Source: Marsupella aquatica (lineage: Eukaryota; Plantae; Marchantiophyta). From it: 64,000 bases of DNA. Of the stretch, positions 1 to 10,353 are shown in pieces (the first letter of the stretch is position 1; each line of letters begins with the position of its first letter). A program made the translations under genes and the position numbers. The stretch lies in contig OZ316895.1 in NCBI GenBank assembly GCA_973895155.1, positions 20,536,803-20,600,802 on the forward strand, written 5' to 3'. The notes beneath the pieces were generated by a model. It was given only the letters and a program-made list of their open reading frames with translations, was not told the origin of the DNA and did no database searches.

Positions 1-2293
1 GGGACATTCTCTGTGGCCATTTCCTAGCTTTTGTCTCAAAGACTGCATCACTGCAGCCATATAAGGTGTTCAGTGACAGAGTCTCACAAAGTTGTCCGAC
101 ATATTGATGGCGAAATATTATGCGTTTGGACAAGCTGTAGCTGAAGTACTGAGGGAACTGAACAACCTCTTCTTTGGATCGTTTCATCACATCTACTAAG
201 TATGCATACTTTGGTGCCAACCCTGTCTCCACACGAAATCCCAGGAGCGAGGGCAATTTCTTGACCATGGCTGTGATTTCATCCCTTGTAAACCCGAGGT
301 TGACAAGATAAGAAACCGTCGGCTCGAGATTCTTCTCGACGCTCAAGGTTAGCAATTGGGGGTGTCTAGTCACCAACTTAGCCAGGTCTTCCTCCTTGAT
401 ATGGAGATTTTCAAGAAACTTTATATTGGACTTCAACTTCCCCTCCACATTGTAAGCCAGGACCATTGGCTTCAGTTTCAGAATCTTGACGAGCGATGAT
501 CCTGTGATTCCAATGCTCGCAAGAAACTCGATGGTTGGTTTCAGGTTGTTCCCAACACTCAAACCCAGAAGTTGGGGAGCATTGTAAATAACCTTCCCCA
601 AATCTTTCTGCTCAAGCCCCAAACTCAGAAGAAAATCCAATTTGAGCTCGAAAACGTGCCGATTCTTTAATAGCTGAGGATGCCTCCTAAACAGCTTGCC
701 TATTAGATCTGAGTCAACACCTAACCTTTCCAGGTAATGCACAGTTGGGCGGAAGTCCTGCTCAAGACTGTAACTAAACAGCTGAGGAAAGGACATAAGA
801 ATCTTGTCAATGTCATCTGCACTTGCGTTGAGGGTCTGGAGGTAATTCCCAACGGGTGCCAAATCCTTCTCGACATCGCTATCCAGCAGCAATGGTCTTC
901 GAAGCAGGAGGGTGCCAATGTGTTTCTTTTGTACCCCCAGTTGTTCCAAGTAGGTGACGAGGGGATCCAACTTATCCGAAGCGTTTTCTGTGAGAAGAAT
1001 AGGATACCTAACGACCAACTTCTTGACATCCTTAATATTTACGCCTAGATTTTCCAGGACTTCTACGGAACTCTGCAGCTCTTTCTCCACATTCCGACCG
1101 AGAATTTGAGGAAACTTGATGACCATCTTACCAACATCTTTGTGGGCTACCCCAAGGCCCACTAGATAGTCAACATTGTGGGCTAAAGTGTCACACTGGT
1201 AAGAAAGCAACTCTGGCCATCTTTCCAGTATCACGGGCAGATGGTTGTACTTCACTCCCAGGCTTCTCAAGAACTCTACTTTGGCCATCGCCATGTCAAT
1301 TCCCTGCTCCAAAAAAGGTAGCATTCTAGGAACGTTCTGGGCCTTCATGCCAATGATCTGGAAGTAGGAGACCAACCTCCCTAGCTCCCTCTTTCCTGCA
1401 CAATCTTTCACTCTCGAAGCGAGTGTGTTGATCTCATGCCACACTATGCTTTTCTTGTCCTTCACCTGTGGCTCAGAACCACCTGCAGAGATTTCCAATA
1501 ATTTGTTGATCTTCTTCTCTCTCTCGATATCTGCAGCTGAATCGCCATAGCTATGTCTCAGAAAAGTTCGCGGTGGTTCGATAGTGATTGAAGCGCTCTC
1601 ACCCTCAGCACCCTCCAAGTAAGTAAATGCTTCACTTTTATCTAAAGGGAAGACATCTTGTACGAGCATTTCCTGGGCCTCCACAAATAGATCATCAATG
1701 AGCCCCCCACCGTATCTGACAAACTCAAATGCATAACCCGGAGTCACTCCCTTCTGCTCCAGGTGATCCAATAGCCCACTCATAGCCTCAAATCTCTCCT
1801 GACGAGTAAAGATGGTTGACCCTTCAAGCGCCTCCGCTTCTCTCTCCAGAAGCGTTGGTGGTTGGTCACTGACAGCATTCGTGGACGGGACAGAAGGCGG
1901 CGAGACAATGAGGTCTTGGATATTGTCGAACTCGTATTTCTCTGAAGTTTTCCTGCCATCTCTGCTACTATTGGCTGGGACATAGTCTGCAAAGGAGGCA
2001 GAACAGCAGAGTCCTCGGAAAGAAGAGCATGAATGGCTTCGAAACAAATTTTTACTAGAGCGATTCTTGTCGGGCTTCAACCCAGCAGCAATCCTTGACA
2101 GCGAGAGTGCAGCATTTCCGCACCATTGCCCTGCTGAGTCCCCCGCAATGCCATTGAGAAGAACTCCAACGCGAGTGTAACAGAGTGAGAAACCCCTCTT
2201 GCCCTGGTTACCACAAAATAACGAACGCTCCACCGCGGAGTAGTTGGGCGGACTCAGATGAGCTGAAACGCTCAGATTGCAGGGAAATGACAT
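1..2293 (-). CDS. mTERF: mTERF family protein (organellar transcription termination factor-like), 3'-truncated by the window edge; >=764 aa with a Ser/Arg-rich transit-peptide-like N-terminus
   Basis: Hand translation of the minus-strand frame from ATG at 2293 gives MSFPCNLSVSAHLSPPNYS..., then mTERF repeats (AKVEFLRSLGVKYNHLPVILERWPELLSY) and the typical terminal motif EEVVQFPQYFSYSLSKRIIFRHQY...LYGCSDAVF. It is absent from the ORF track, consistent with no stop inside the window. Confidence 0.92.
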   Translation of the reverse strand, partial: MSFPCNLSVSAHLSPPNYSAVERSLFCGNQGKRGFSLCYTRVGVLLNGIAGDSAGQWCGNAALSLSRIAAGLKPDKNRSSKNLFRSHSCSSFRGLCCSASFADYVPANSSRDGRKTSEKYEFDNIQDLIVSPPSVPSTNAVSDQPPTLLEREAEALEGSTIFTRQERFEAMSGLLDHLEQKGVTPGYAFEFVRYGGGLIDDLFVEAQEMLVQDVFPLDKSEAFTYLEGAEGESASITIEPPRTFLRHSYGDSAADIEREKKINKLLEISAGGSEPQVKDKKSIVWHEINTLASRVKDCAGKRELGRLVSYFQIIGMKAQNVPRMLPFLEQGIDMAMAKVEFLRSLGVKYNHLPVILERWPELLSYQCDTLAHNVDYLVGLGVAHKDVGKMVIKFPQILGRNVEKELQSSVEVLENLGVNIKDVKKLVVRYPILLTENASDKLDPLVTYLEQLGVQKKHIGTLLLRRPLLLDSDVEKDLAPVGNYLQTLNASADDIDKILMSFPQLFSYSLEQDFRPTVHYLERLGVDSDLIGKLFRRHPQLLKNRHVFELKLDFLLSLGLEQKDLGKVIYNAPQLLGLSVGNNLKPTIEFLASIGITGSSLVKILKLKPMVLAYNVEGKLKSNIKFLENLHIKEEDLAKLVTRHPQLLTLSVEKNLEPTVSYLVNLGFTRDEITAMVKKLPSLLGFRVETGLAPKYAYLVDVMKRSKEEVVQFPQYFSYSLSKRIIFRHQYVGQLCETLSLNTLYGCSDAVFETKARKWPQRMS

Positions 2294-2301
2294 GTAAACA
2301 C

Positions 2302-3578
2302 CTGCACGCACAGAACTTGCATCACATGAGATCGTAAGCACCAATCCTTCAATTTCAGATTTTAATTCCCAAGTTATTCCTTCTTGGTCAAGTGAGGCGT
2401 CAGCTCGACTATACACTAGAGCCCTAAAGCGACTCAAGTTTACGGAGCTGAGAGTAACGGAGCTCAAGCAACTCAGCCCTAAAGCCCAGCCTACTTTGAC
2501 TCCACTCTAACTACCGCAACGGCATGTGCAACACTCAACAGCAATGAGTACATCTGATGAAAGGACATTCCCCACCTATCACTTGCTCCTGGAATGTAAG
2601 TGTAAGTTGGCCAATTGCAATTGGTAGCAACTAGGAGAGGAGGTACAAATTAAGCGAAAACTTCACTCCGTCAAACTCCAAACCCAAAGTTGTCTTGCCA
2701 CGAAGAGCAAGAATTGAATTGAACTATACTCTTAAAACTTGAAACTCGATCAATCTAGGTGTTCTCCTCCCAGGACAGTAAGAGAAGGTAAAGATTAACC
2801 TAAACCCTCCCTCCGTTAAAACTCTAAACCCCAAGGATGCCTAAAGAGCGAGAATTCAATTCACCTGTTCTCAGCAGAACTGAAACTCAATCATCGAACT
2901 GGGTTTTCTCCTCCCAGAACCGTAGAGAGGAACTACAGATTAAGCTAAAAACCTCCCTCCGCTAAACCCCAAAGTTTGCCTGCCCTAAAGAGGGAGAAAT
3001 TGATTTGACTTGTTCTCAATATTCCCAGAACCGTAAGAAGAGGTACGGATCAAGCGAAACACTCCCTCCGGTAAAACTCCAAATCCCAAAGTTTGCCTGT
3101 GAGTTAACCAGAATTGAGACTCAATTATCCATCTCGACTTTCTCTTCCCCGTAGGAGGAGGTACAGATTAAGTCAAACCCTCACTCCCCTGCAACCTCTA
3201 AACCCTAAAGCTTACCCTGCCACGAAGAGCGAGAATTGAATTGACCTGTACTCCCCAGCATTGTAACTCTTTCATCAATCTACTGTAGATGTTCCCCTCC
3301 CCAAACAGTACAAGGAAGTACAGATAAAGCTCAACCCTCACTCCGGTGAAACTCTGAACCCTAAACTAACATTTCAAGAATTGGATCTCACTCATGAATT
3401 AACATCTTCTCCACCCAGACCAGCGAGATGTAACACAGCATGAGCTAAACGAAATCCCACTCAGAAGAAACTTTTAGCTCTACATCTATTTCTTACAAAA
3501 AAATGGGGAAAAAGGGAACATAGAATTAAAGCTACAATGCATAAAGGATGACACGAGCAGGTTTGGTTCAATTCGTAC
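2302..3578 (-). other. Probable 5'-UTR intron of the mTERF gene
   Basis: Minus-strand acceptor tgcgtgcAG|gtgtttacATG lies 8 nt before the start codon. A candidate donor cagcg|GTacgaat is at 3578. The donor choice is inferred. Confidence 0.55.
2630..3370. repeat. Degenerate tandem array of about six 110-160 bp units inside the putative mTERF 5'-UTR intron
   Basis: The block gaggtacagattaagc-aaaccctc(a/c)ctcc-aaactctaaaccc-aaag-gagcgagaattgaattgacctgt recurs near 2634, 2781, 2924, 3035, 3154 and 3311. Confidence 0.75.
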
Positions 3579-3884
3579 CGCTGCAATTCCCAATCCAGAC
3601 GAAATCTACTGCACAGTAGGAGAATCCCAACATCGACCTGCCACCAGAAGACGAGAAATCTTATAAGGAGAATCACTTCTCTCCTCGCCTCTCCTCTACG
3701 GTAGATTTGTTTGGGCTACCCTGCAGGCTACCAGGTTTACCACGGTTCGAACCAGGGCTCCTCTACTTTAGAAAGATAACCCAGACAGGAGGTACGTGGC
3801 ACACAATCCTTTGCTCTTGACGAGACTGTGGTAGACCTACTCTGGTTATTTGCACACGACCTATGCCGAACATTAATTGTTTTT

Positions 3885-3993
3885 TGTGAGAATAGAATGG
3901 AATGAATAAGTGTATAGTCGGGAATAGGAGTACATATAGTGGGACCAGGGTGACCGACTGGTTCGGTCGTCCGGTCAAAGGTAGAGTCTAACA
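3885..3993 (-). repeat. 3' LTR of Bianca-like Copia (109 bp)
   Basis: Direct repeat of 10245-10353; PPT adjacent at 3994-4000. Confidence 0.95.
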
Positions 3994-4305
3994 CTCCCCT
4001 TTGGATATATAGTGACAACTATATAGACAACATAGACTATACCTATTATATCATGTTCATAGAAAATACATGATATAAGTACAAGCGAGGTAGACTGTCT
4101 CGTTAAAAAACCTTTATCAACTCTAGCTTAGTAAAAACTCTACCAGTGTAGCAGAGAAAAATATGAGTGCTAAAAGGAAAAAGAGTGCAGCCTAACAGTC
4201 CTCGTCGTAATAAATGTCAATATTAAATAAAGTCAGATGCTATAGTAAATCTAGTTTTAATATTTGTCTCAACAGTAGGTCGTCAGCATCATGTCATCAA
4301 CATCA

Positions 4306-7300
4306 TCAATCGTCATGTGGAGTAGCAGCTTCCACGGTCATCATGCGTCGCACGCTCCGCAGTCCAATCGCCTGGCAGTGTCGGTGATGAACTGATGGTG
4401 GTAGTGATTTGGTGAAGAGATCTGCACAGTTGTCTGCACTTGAAATCTGCAAAATGTTGATCTCTTTTCCATGTAGTTCGTGGGTGTAGAAAAACTTCGG
4501 AGCTATATGCTTCACGCGATCGCCTTTGATGAATCCTTTTGTGATCTACTGTATACATGCTGCGTTATCCTCAAAAATATTAGTAGGCTTCGTTAGTGGT
4601 TGTAGGCCGCATTTGGTGTTGATGTGGTTTATAAATGATCGTAACCAAACGGCTTCACGACTAGCCTCATGTAGAGCTAAGATTTTTGAGTGATTCGATG
4701 AGGTTGCTGTTAGGGTCTGTTTCACGCTTTTCCAAGAAAAAGCGGTACCCCCAATAGTAAAAACATATCCGGTTTGGGATTTTGCGGTATCAGTGTCGGA
4801 GAGATATCCGGCATCCGCGTATCCTATGAGCTCGTGGTTTGCATCGAATGGGTAAAATAACCCGGTATCGGTGGTTCCACGTAGATATCTAAATATGTGC
4901 TTAACTCCATTCCAGTGTCTGGCTGTGGGAGTTGCACTATGTCTGGCTAGTAAGTTAACTGCAAATGCAATGTCTGGTCTAGTCTGATTTGCTAGGTACG
5001 TTAATGCTCCTATTGCAGAAAGATATGGAGTTTCTGGTCCTAAAATGGGTTCATGTTCTTTGCGCTTGCGAAAAACGTCAGTATTGTATTCTAATGAACG
5101 TACTACCATTGGTGACGTCAATGGGTGTGCTAGGTTCATATTGAACTGTTTTAGGATCTTTTCAGTTTGTGTGGTCTGATGGAGCATCATGCCAGTGGGT
5201 AGGATCTCTAGTTGTAAGCCTAAGCAAAAGTTTGTATGTCCAAGGTCTTTCATCTCAAATGTGGATTTAAGACTGGTAATAGTATCTTCTGTAAGTTGGG
5301 GTGTCCCGAATATATTTAAGTCATCAACATAAATAGAAACGATGACATATTCATCGTCCACATGTTTAATAAATAAACATGGTGTAATGGCATCATGGGA
5401 AAAACCCATGGTAATCATTTCATCAGTAAATCTTTGATACTATACTCTGCCACTTTGTTTCAGGCCATATAATGCCTTCAACACGCGGATAGCTAGTCCG
5501 CGGCGAGTATTCCGTACGGTTGACACAGCGGTGTCGTTATTATGAGTTACATGTGTAGATGACACATGAGGTGTAACTTGAGATAATTGTGTTATAATCT
5601 TATGTAAATATGGAATATGCGATTTAGCGCCTTGAGCTAAAGCTCGGCATCATTGCTCCAACTCAGGAGGTGATCGCATGTATAGACAAGTGTCTAAAGT
5701 GCCATATAGATATGCAGTTGCAACATCCAGTTGTCGCATATGTAGTTGATGGAAAATGGAAAATCCGATAAGATATTGGAATATTGTGCTATCCATAACC
5801 GGTGAATAGGTTTCATCGTAATGAATTCCCGGTTGTTGTGTAAATACTTTCCCTACCAGACGTACTTTATAGCGTACAACTTGGCCTTTATCATTTCTTT
5901 TGCGGACAAATGTCCACTTGTAGCCAATTAGGTGTACGTCTTGTAGTGTTGGCTCGACTGGGCCAAAAGTGTGTCTGCTTAGTAGGGAATCTAATTCTCC
6001 GTTTATAGCTTTTTGCCATTCAAGCCAATCTGGTTTGTTTTGGCATTCTAAGATAGATATTGGTTTGGGTGTATCGTCAGTGATATGTGTTGCCACCATT
6101 AATGCAAAAGCATCATCTATTGAAGTAGTATTTCTATCCCACATCGTACCGGTGTGTGCATAGTGGATAGAAATCTCTTCATGAGTTGTGGATTCGGTAT
6201 GATCGACATTAGGTAAAGGTGGTATAGATGAACCACACCTTCTTGGTTGTTTATTCTTTGATCCCAAGGGTCTGCCACATTTGGCACGAGGCTGGGATGT
6301 ATTTGCTGGCTCACTTGATAATTCGATGCGAGCAGATGCTCTCGCAACGGGAATATATGAGCGGCTAACTTGTGATGTATCGACGAAAGCGTCGGGAAGT
6401 TCTTCCACAATCTTGTGGAGTTGTAAAATTCTTTGAACTTCTTTCTCCCCTTGATTCGTTCTAAGGTCTTGCCAAAATGGCAAGTGTTGTTCCCACTCCA
6501 AAGGTGGTTGTGGGTTTTTAGGGGTTATTAATGGTGGGTAAATGTGTTTGTCAAAATGACAATCTAGAAATCTGGCTTTCAAAACATTGCCAGTTGTGGG
6601 CTCCATATATCGGATTATGGACGGTGAGTCAAATCTGATGTATATCCCCAATTGTCGTTGGGGTCCCATCTTGGTTTGTTTGGGTGGAGTAATGGGGACC
6701 ATTACTTGACATCCAAATGAACGAAGATATGATAGGTCAGGTTTAATACCGTTAGCAATTTGGTATGGGCTATAGGCATTAAAAGCCGATGGTCGGTATT
6801 GGATTAATGCGTTCGCCTGTAATATGGCGTGTCCCCATGCTGAGACGGGGAGTTTTGACTGCATTAGTAATGGGCGTGCAATTAATTGAAGTCGTTTAAT
6901 AACCGCTTCGGCTAATCCATTCTAGAAGTGCACGTGGGGTACGGGGTATTGTACGTCGATGCCAAGTGATGTACAAAAGTTGTCAAATGTTTTAGATGTG
7001 AATTCCCCTGCATTGTCCACCCTTAGTGTCTTTATGGGGTGATCTGGGAATTGTGCTTTCACGCGCAGGATTTGCGCCAAGATACAAGGCATAACCATGT
7101 TTCTCGTTGAAAGCAGTGTCACATTTGACCATTTAGTTGATGCGTCGATTAATACCATGAAGTAGCGGAAAGGTCCGCTCGGTGGGTTGATTGGCCCGCA
7201 AACATCTGCGTGGATTATTTCCAAGAATTGGGGTATTTTAGTTGGCAATTTTGATGTCGTGGGCCTTGTTATTAACTTGTCGCGTGAGCATGCAATGCAT

Positions 7301-8760
7301 GGAGTGCTCACTGGGATGTGGCGTGTATTGATTGGAATGCCACTTGAATTCTTAATGATTTTTGTTAGCATTGATTGGCCAGGGTGGCCGAGGCGTGCAT
7401 GCCAAAGCGCATGCAATTCGCTTGTGTTGGCATTGTTATGCAGACATTCAATATGAGTTACATAAAACCCGCAGGGGTACAAGAAAAGGGTTTCTTTAAT
7501 GATTTTCCCCGTGGGGGTATTTTCAACCAAGTGTATCACTTCCTGATCTCTGGTATCGCCCGTCTGGACATGTAGTCCGTTCGCTCGTATATCTCTAAAA
7601 TTGAGGAGATTATGGGTTGCATTCGGGGTGAAAATAGCGGATTCTATGTGAATCGCTGTACCCTGCGGTAGTCTAATAGAAGCTGGGCCGAAGCCTTCTT
7701 CTATTTGGCTAGGGTCATTTATAGTGGTCAGGGACCTACGTGAAGGTGTAATCTTGTGGAAAAGGTGCCTATCCCTGAGGATAGTATGCGTGGTCGCACT
7801 GTCGATAATACATGTGCTTGGACTATTTAAATCTGGTGTAGTGGAGCTACTTGCCACTAAGTGTGCCTCGGGTTGGGCGGGTGGATCTGAAAAGTCTTGG
7901 AATGGGTCGCTAGACTCCATAAACACCCCGTGGGTTTCACGGGGTGGTGCCCTAGAGGTTTGTCCGTCCCTGAGGGATCGTTGGTATAGCTCTTTAAGGT
8001 GTTGCGGGATTCTACAGTTTCTAGGTGGTTTGTCATGCCACATGCATGGCATTTTGGGCGTTCCCGTTGTGGTCGGGATTGTGACCAATCGTTTCGGCGG
8101 TTGTTGTTATATGTTCTTCCACCGCCGCGTTCGCCGCGTCCACCACGTCCACTAAAGGGCCGTCGGAAATTGTGTTGTGGGCGTTGGTTAAAGAAACTCC
8201 CCCTGTTGTGGGTGTTTCTCCGGTTGCTATTCTTAGTGCGTTTAGTGCCTTGCCTCAATGTGGAGGATTCAGCATTTTCTATGTTGTGGGTTTCATTCTC
8301 TTGTCCTGAGGGCAATGTGCCTGCAGGGCATTTTCTTGAGTTTACCACAAGGAGCTCTTGGTTTCTTTCGGTGACTAGGAGGTGGGCTATGAGCTCGGAG
8401 TATTGCCCAAACTTCATGTTTCGATACTGTGTTGATAGCAACACATTCGATGAATGAAACGTCGACAGGGTCTTCTCTAGTAAGTCCTTGTCGGCAACTG
8501 GCTCGCCGCAAAGGGTGAGGGTTGCTGTGATTCTAAATAGTTCGCTATTGTAGGCTGAAATTGAGGTAAAGTCCTGGACCCGGAGGTTGAGCCAGTCTTG
8601 CCTGGCTTTAGGTAATTCGACCAATTTCTGGTGGTCGAATCGGGTCTGTAGGGCTGTCCATAGTTCCCGAGGGGTCGAAAGGTGCATGTATTGTCTCTGG
8701 AGGAATCTATGGATGTGGCGTCTCAGGAATACGAGGGCTTTTGATTCGTTGGCTTTAGTT
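4306..8760 (-). pseudogene. Bianca-like gag-pol (Gag, zinc knuckle, protease, integrase, RT, RNase H) with stops and a frameshift
   Basis: Motifs: Gag LWTALQTRFDHQKLVELPKARQDWLNLRVQDF; protease IIDSATTHTIL; LWHARLGHP; IHADVCGPI; LRVDNAGEF; YVDDLNIFG; GYADAGYLSD; EDNAACI; HIAPKFFYTHEL. In-frame stops at 6922, 5650 and 4546, and a frameshift in the CHACGMTNH knuckle near 8020. Confidence 0.93.
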
Positions 8761-10244
8761 AATGGGTCTGGTTGTGGTTCGCCGGCAAGGATAGGTTGAG
8801 CGAGCCTTAGCGGTTTTCGATCGGGCTCGACATTTTCTCGATGGAATGTAGCGTAATTGCCCCTCTTGGTGGCTCCCCTTTGCTGGTGCTCCTTTGGCGG
8901 CTCTTGTCCTTATCGTTTTTCCTTTCAATGCTGCCCTTATCGATTGCCAGAGCTTGTCGTTACGGGAGTCCTTCCTTTCGATGATCTTCGATGTCCTTAT
9001 GAGGTCGTTCCATCATGGCTCGGCTCAATCTCTCGTTTCTATATCACATTTGCTGCTTTCGACCTTCTTCTCTTGATCTTCGACTCCCCTTGACTTCTCA
9101 ATCCTCTTTTGTCAATGAATTCTATATCACTCCTCCTTCGATCGATCTCACCTAATCTCTATTTCTCTCCTTAATTTGTCGATCCTGTGCGCTGCCCAAG
9201 GTCGACTGTCTGCTGCGCCTTCATGTTCGGATTCGATAGAGATTTCTGCTCTTTGCTTTTTCTTTGTTCTTTTCGGGTTTCTGCTCCGCGTCTGCTGATT
9301 GCAAGTGTGTGTCCAATTACGAAGGTCGATTGGTATCTCGTTTCCATTGACAATCTTTACGAGTCTCCTCGCTTCCAGGTTCCTTTGATCTTCGTAACCT
9401 TTCGAGGGAAAATCTTCTTAGCCTACGGCTTTTGCTTATGTTCTCGAGGCCTTGTAGTTACTGGATAGGTACATTCACCCGGTCCTCTTTGCTTCCACCC
9501 AGGTTTTCTTTTTGTTTGGGCAGCATCGATCGTGGACTGTCCTTATGAGTTTACTCGTGCGATCGGTGGGGTGATTGGTTCTCTTTGGGATTTCTGTCTA
9601 TGTAAGTAAGTCGATGATCAGAAAATTTTTACCATAAGTTCCTATCGATCGCCCTCGTTCGATTTGCGAGTCACTCCTTCTCTTGCCTTCGGCATCTCCC
9701 TGTCATTCGTTTGGCATCATCGATCCTTGGTGATTGATGATCGGGGCCATGCTGATCTTCGCGAGCTTTTTCTTCTATCCTTCTTTATCCTCTTTGTCTA
9801 GACTTAATGTGTGCTCGTCCTTTCTCTCGGAATTTTCTCTCTGCAGTAATTTCCTGCTCCAACAGTCAAAATCTCTTTCCTTCTCGCTCGCGGCCTTATC
9901 TGTGTGTGGCCTGATCTGCTTCAATCTTCCTTGTAATCTGTTAATGATTTAATGCTCCTTATCGCCTCCGATCTCCATAAGCCTTCGAAGGTTTCCTTCT
10001 CAATCTCTTCAATGCTTCATCGGGACCTTCTTTCTCTTAATCGTCGGAGGCCAGATCAAAGTTTTTTTTCTCTTTTTTTTCGAAAGGGTCGTATTCACGC
10101 TTCCTTTGGTTCACTTTCCTAAGGAAAAAGGAGACCCATGTGCTCCATCTCTTATCACGCTTTGTTTTCCATTCGGCATAAAAAAGTTCAATTCTCCATG
10201 GTCTTCTTTTCGGCTCCGCTGGTTGAGACCTCGTGCTGATAACG

Positions 10245-10353
10245 TGTGAGAATAGAATGGAATGAATAAGTGTATAGTCGGGAATAGGAGTACATATAGT
10301 GGGACCAGGGTGACCGGCTGGTCCGGTCGTCCGGTCAAAGGTAGAGTCTAACA
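10245..10353 (-). repeat. 5' LTR of Bianca-like Copia (109 bp)
   Basis: Direct repeat of 3885-3993; PBS adjacent at 10232-10244. Confidence 0.95.

Larger units (their letters stand above)
3885..10353 (-). mobile_element. Ty1/Copia LTR retrotransposon, Bianca-like, full-length but disrupted
   Basis: 109-bp LTRs at 3885-3993 and 10245-10353 (TG...CA, 2 mismatches) with TTTTT TSD. Minus-strand PPT AGGGGAG adjoins the left LTR and PBS CGTTATCAGCACG adjoins the right LTR. Domain order is gag-PR-IN-RT-RH. Confidence 0.95.

Noticed and set aside
1780-1992. Short ORFs overlapping mTERF (1780-1992, 721-1029, 737-1048)
   Set aside because: These are alternative-frame or antisense shadows of the mTERF CDS.
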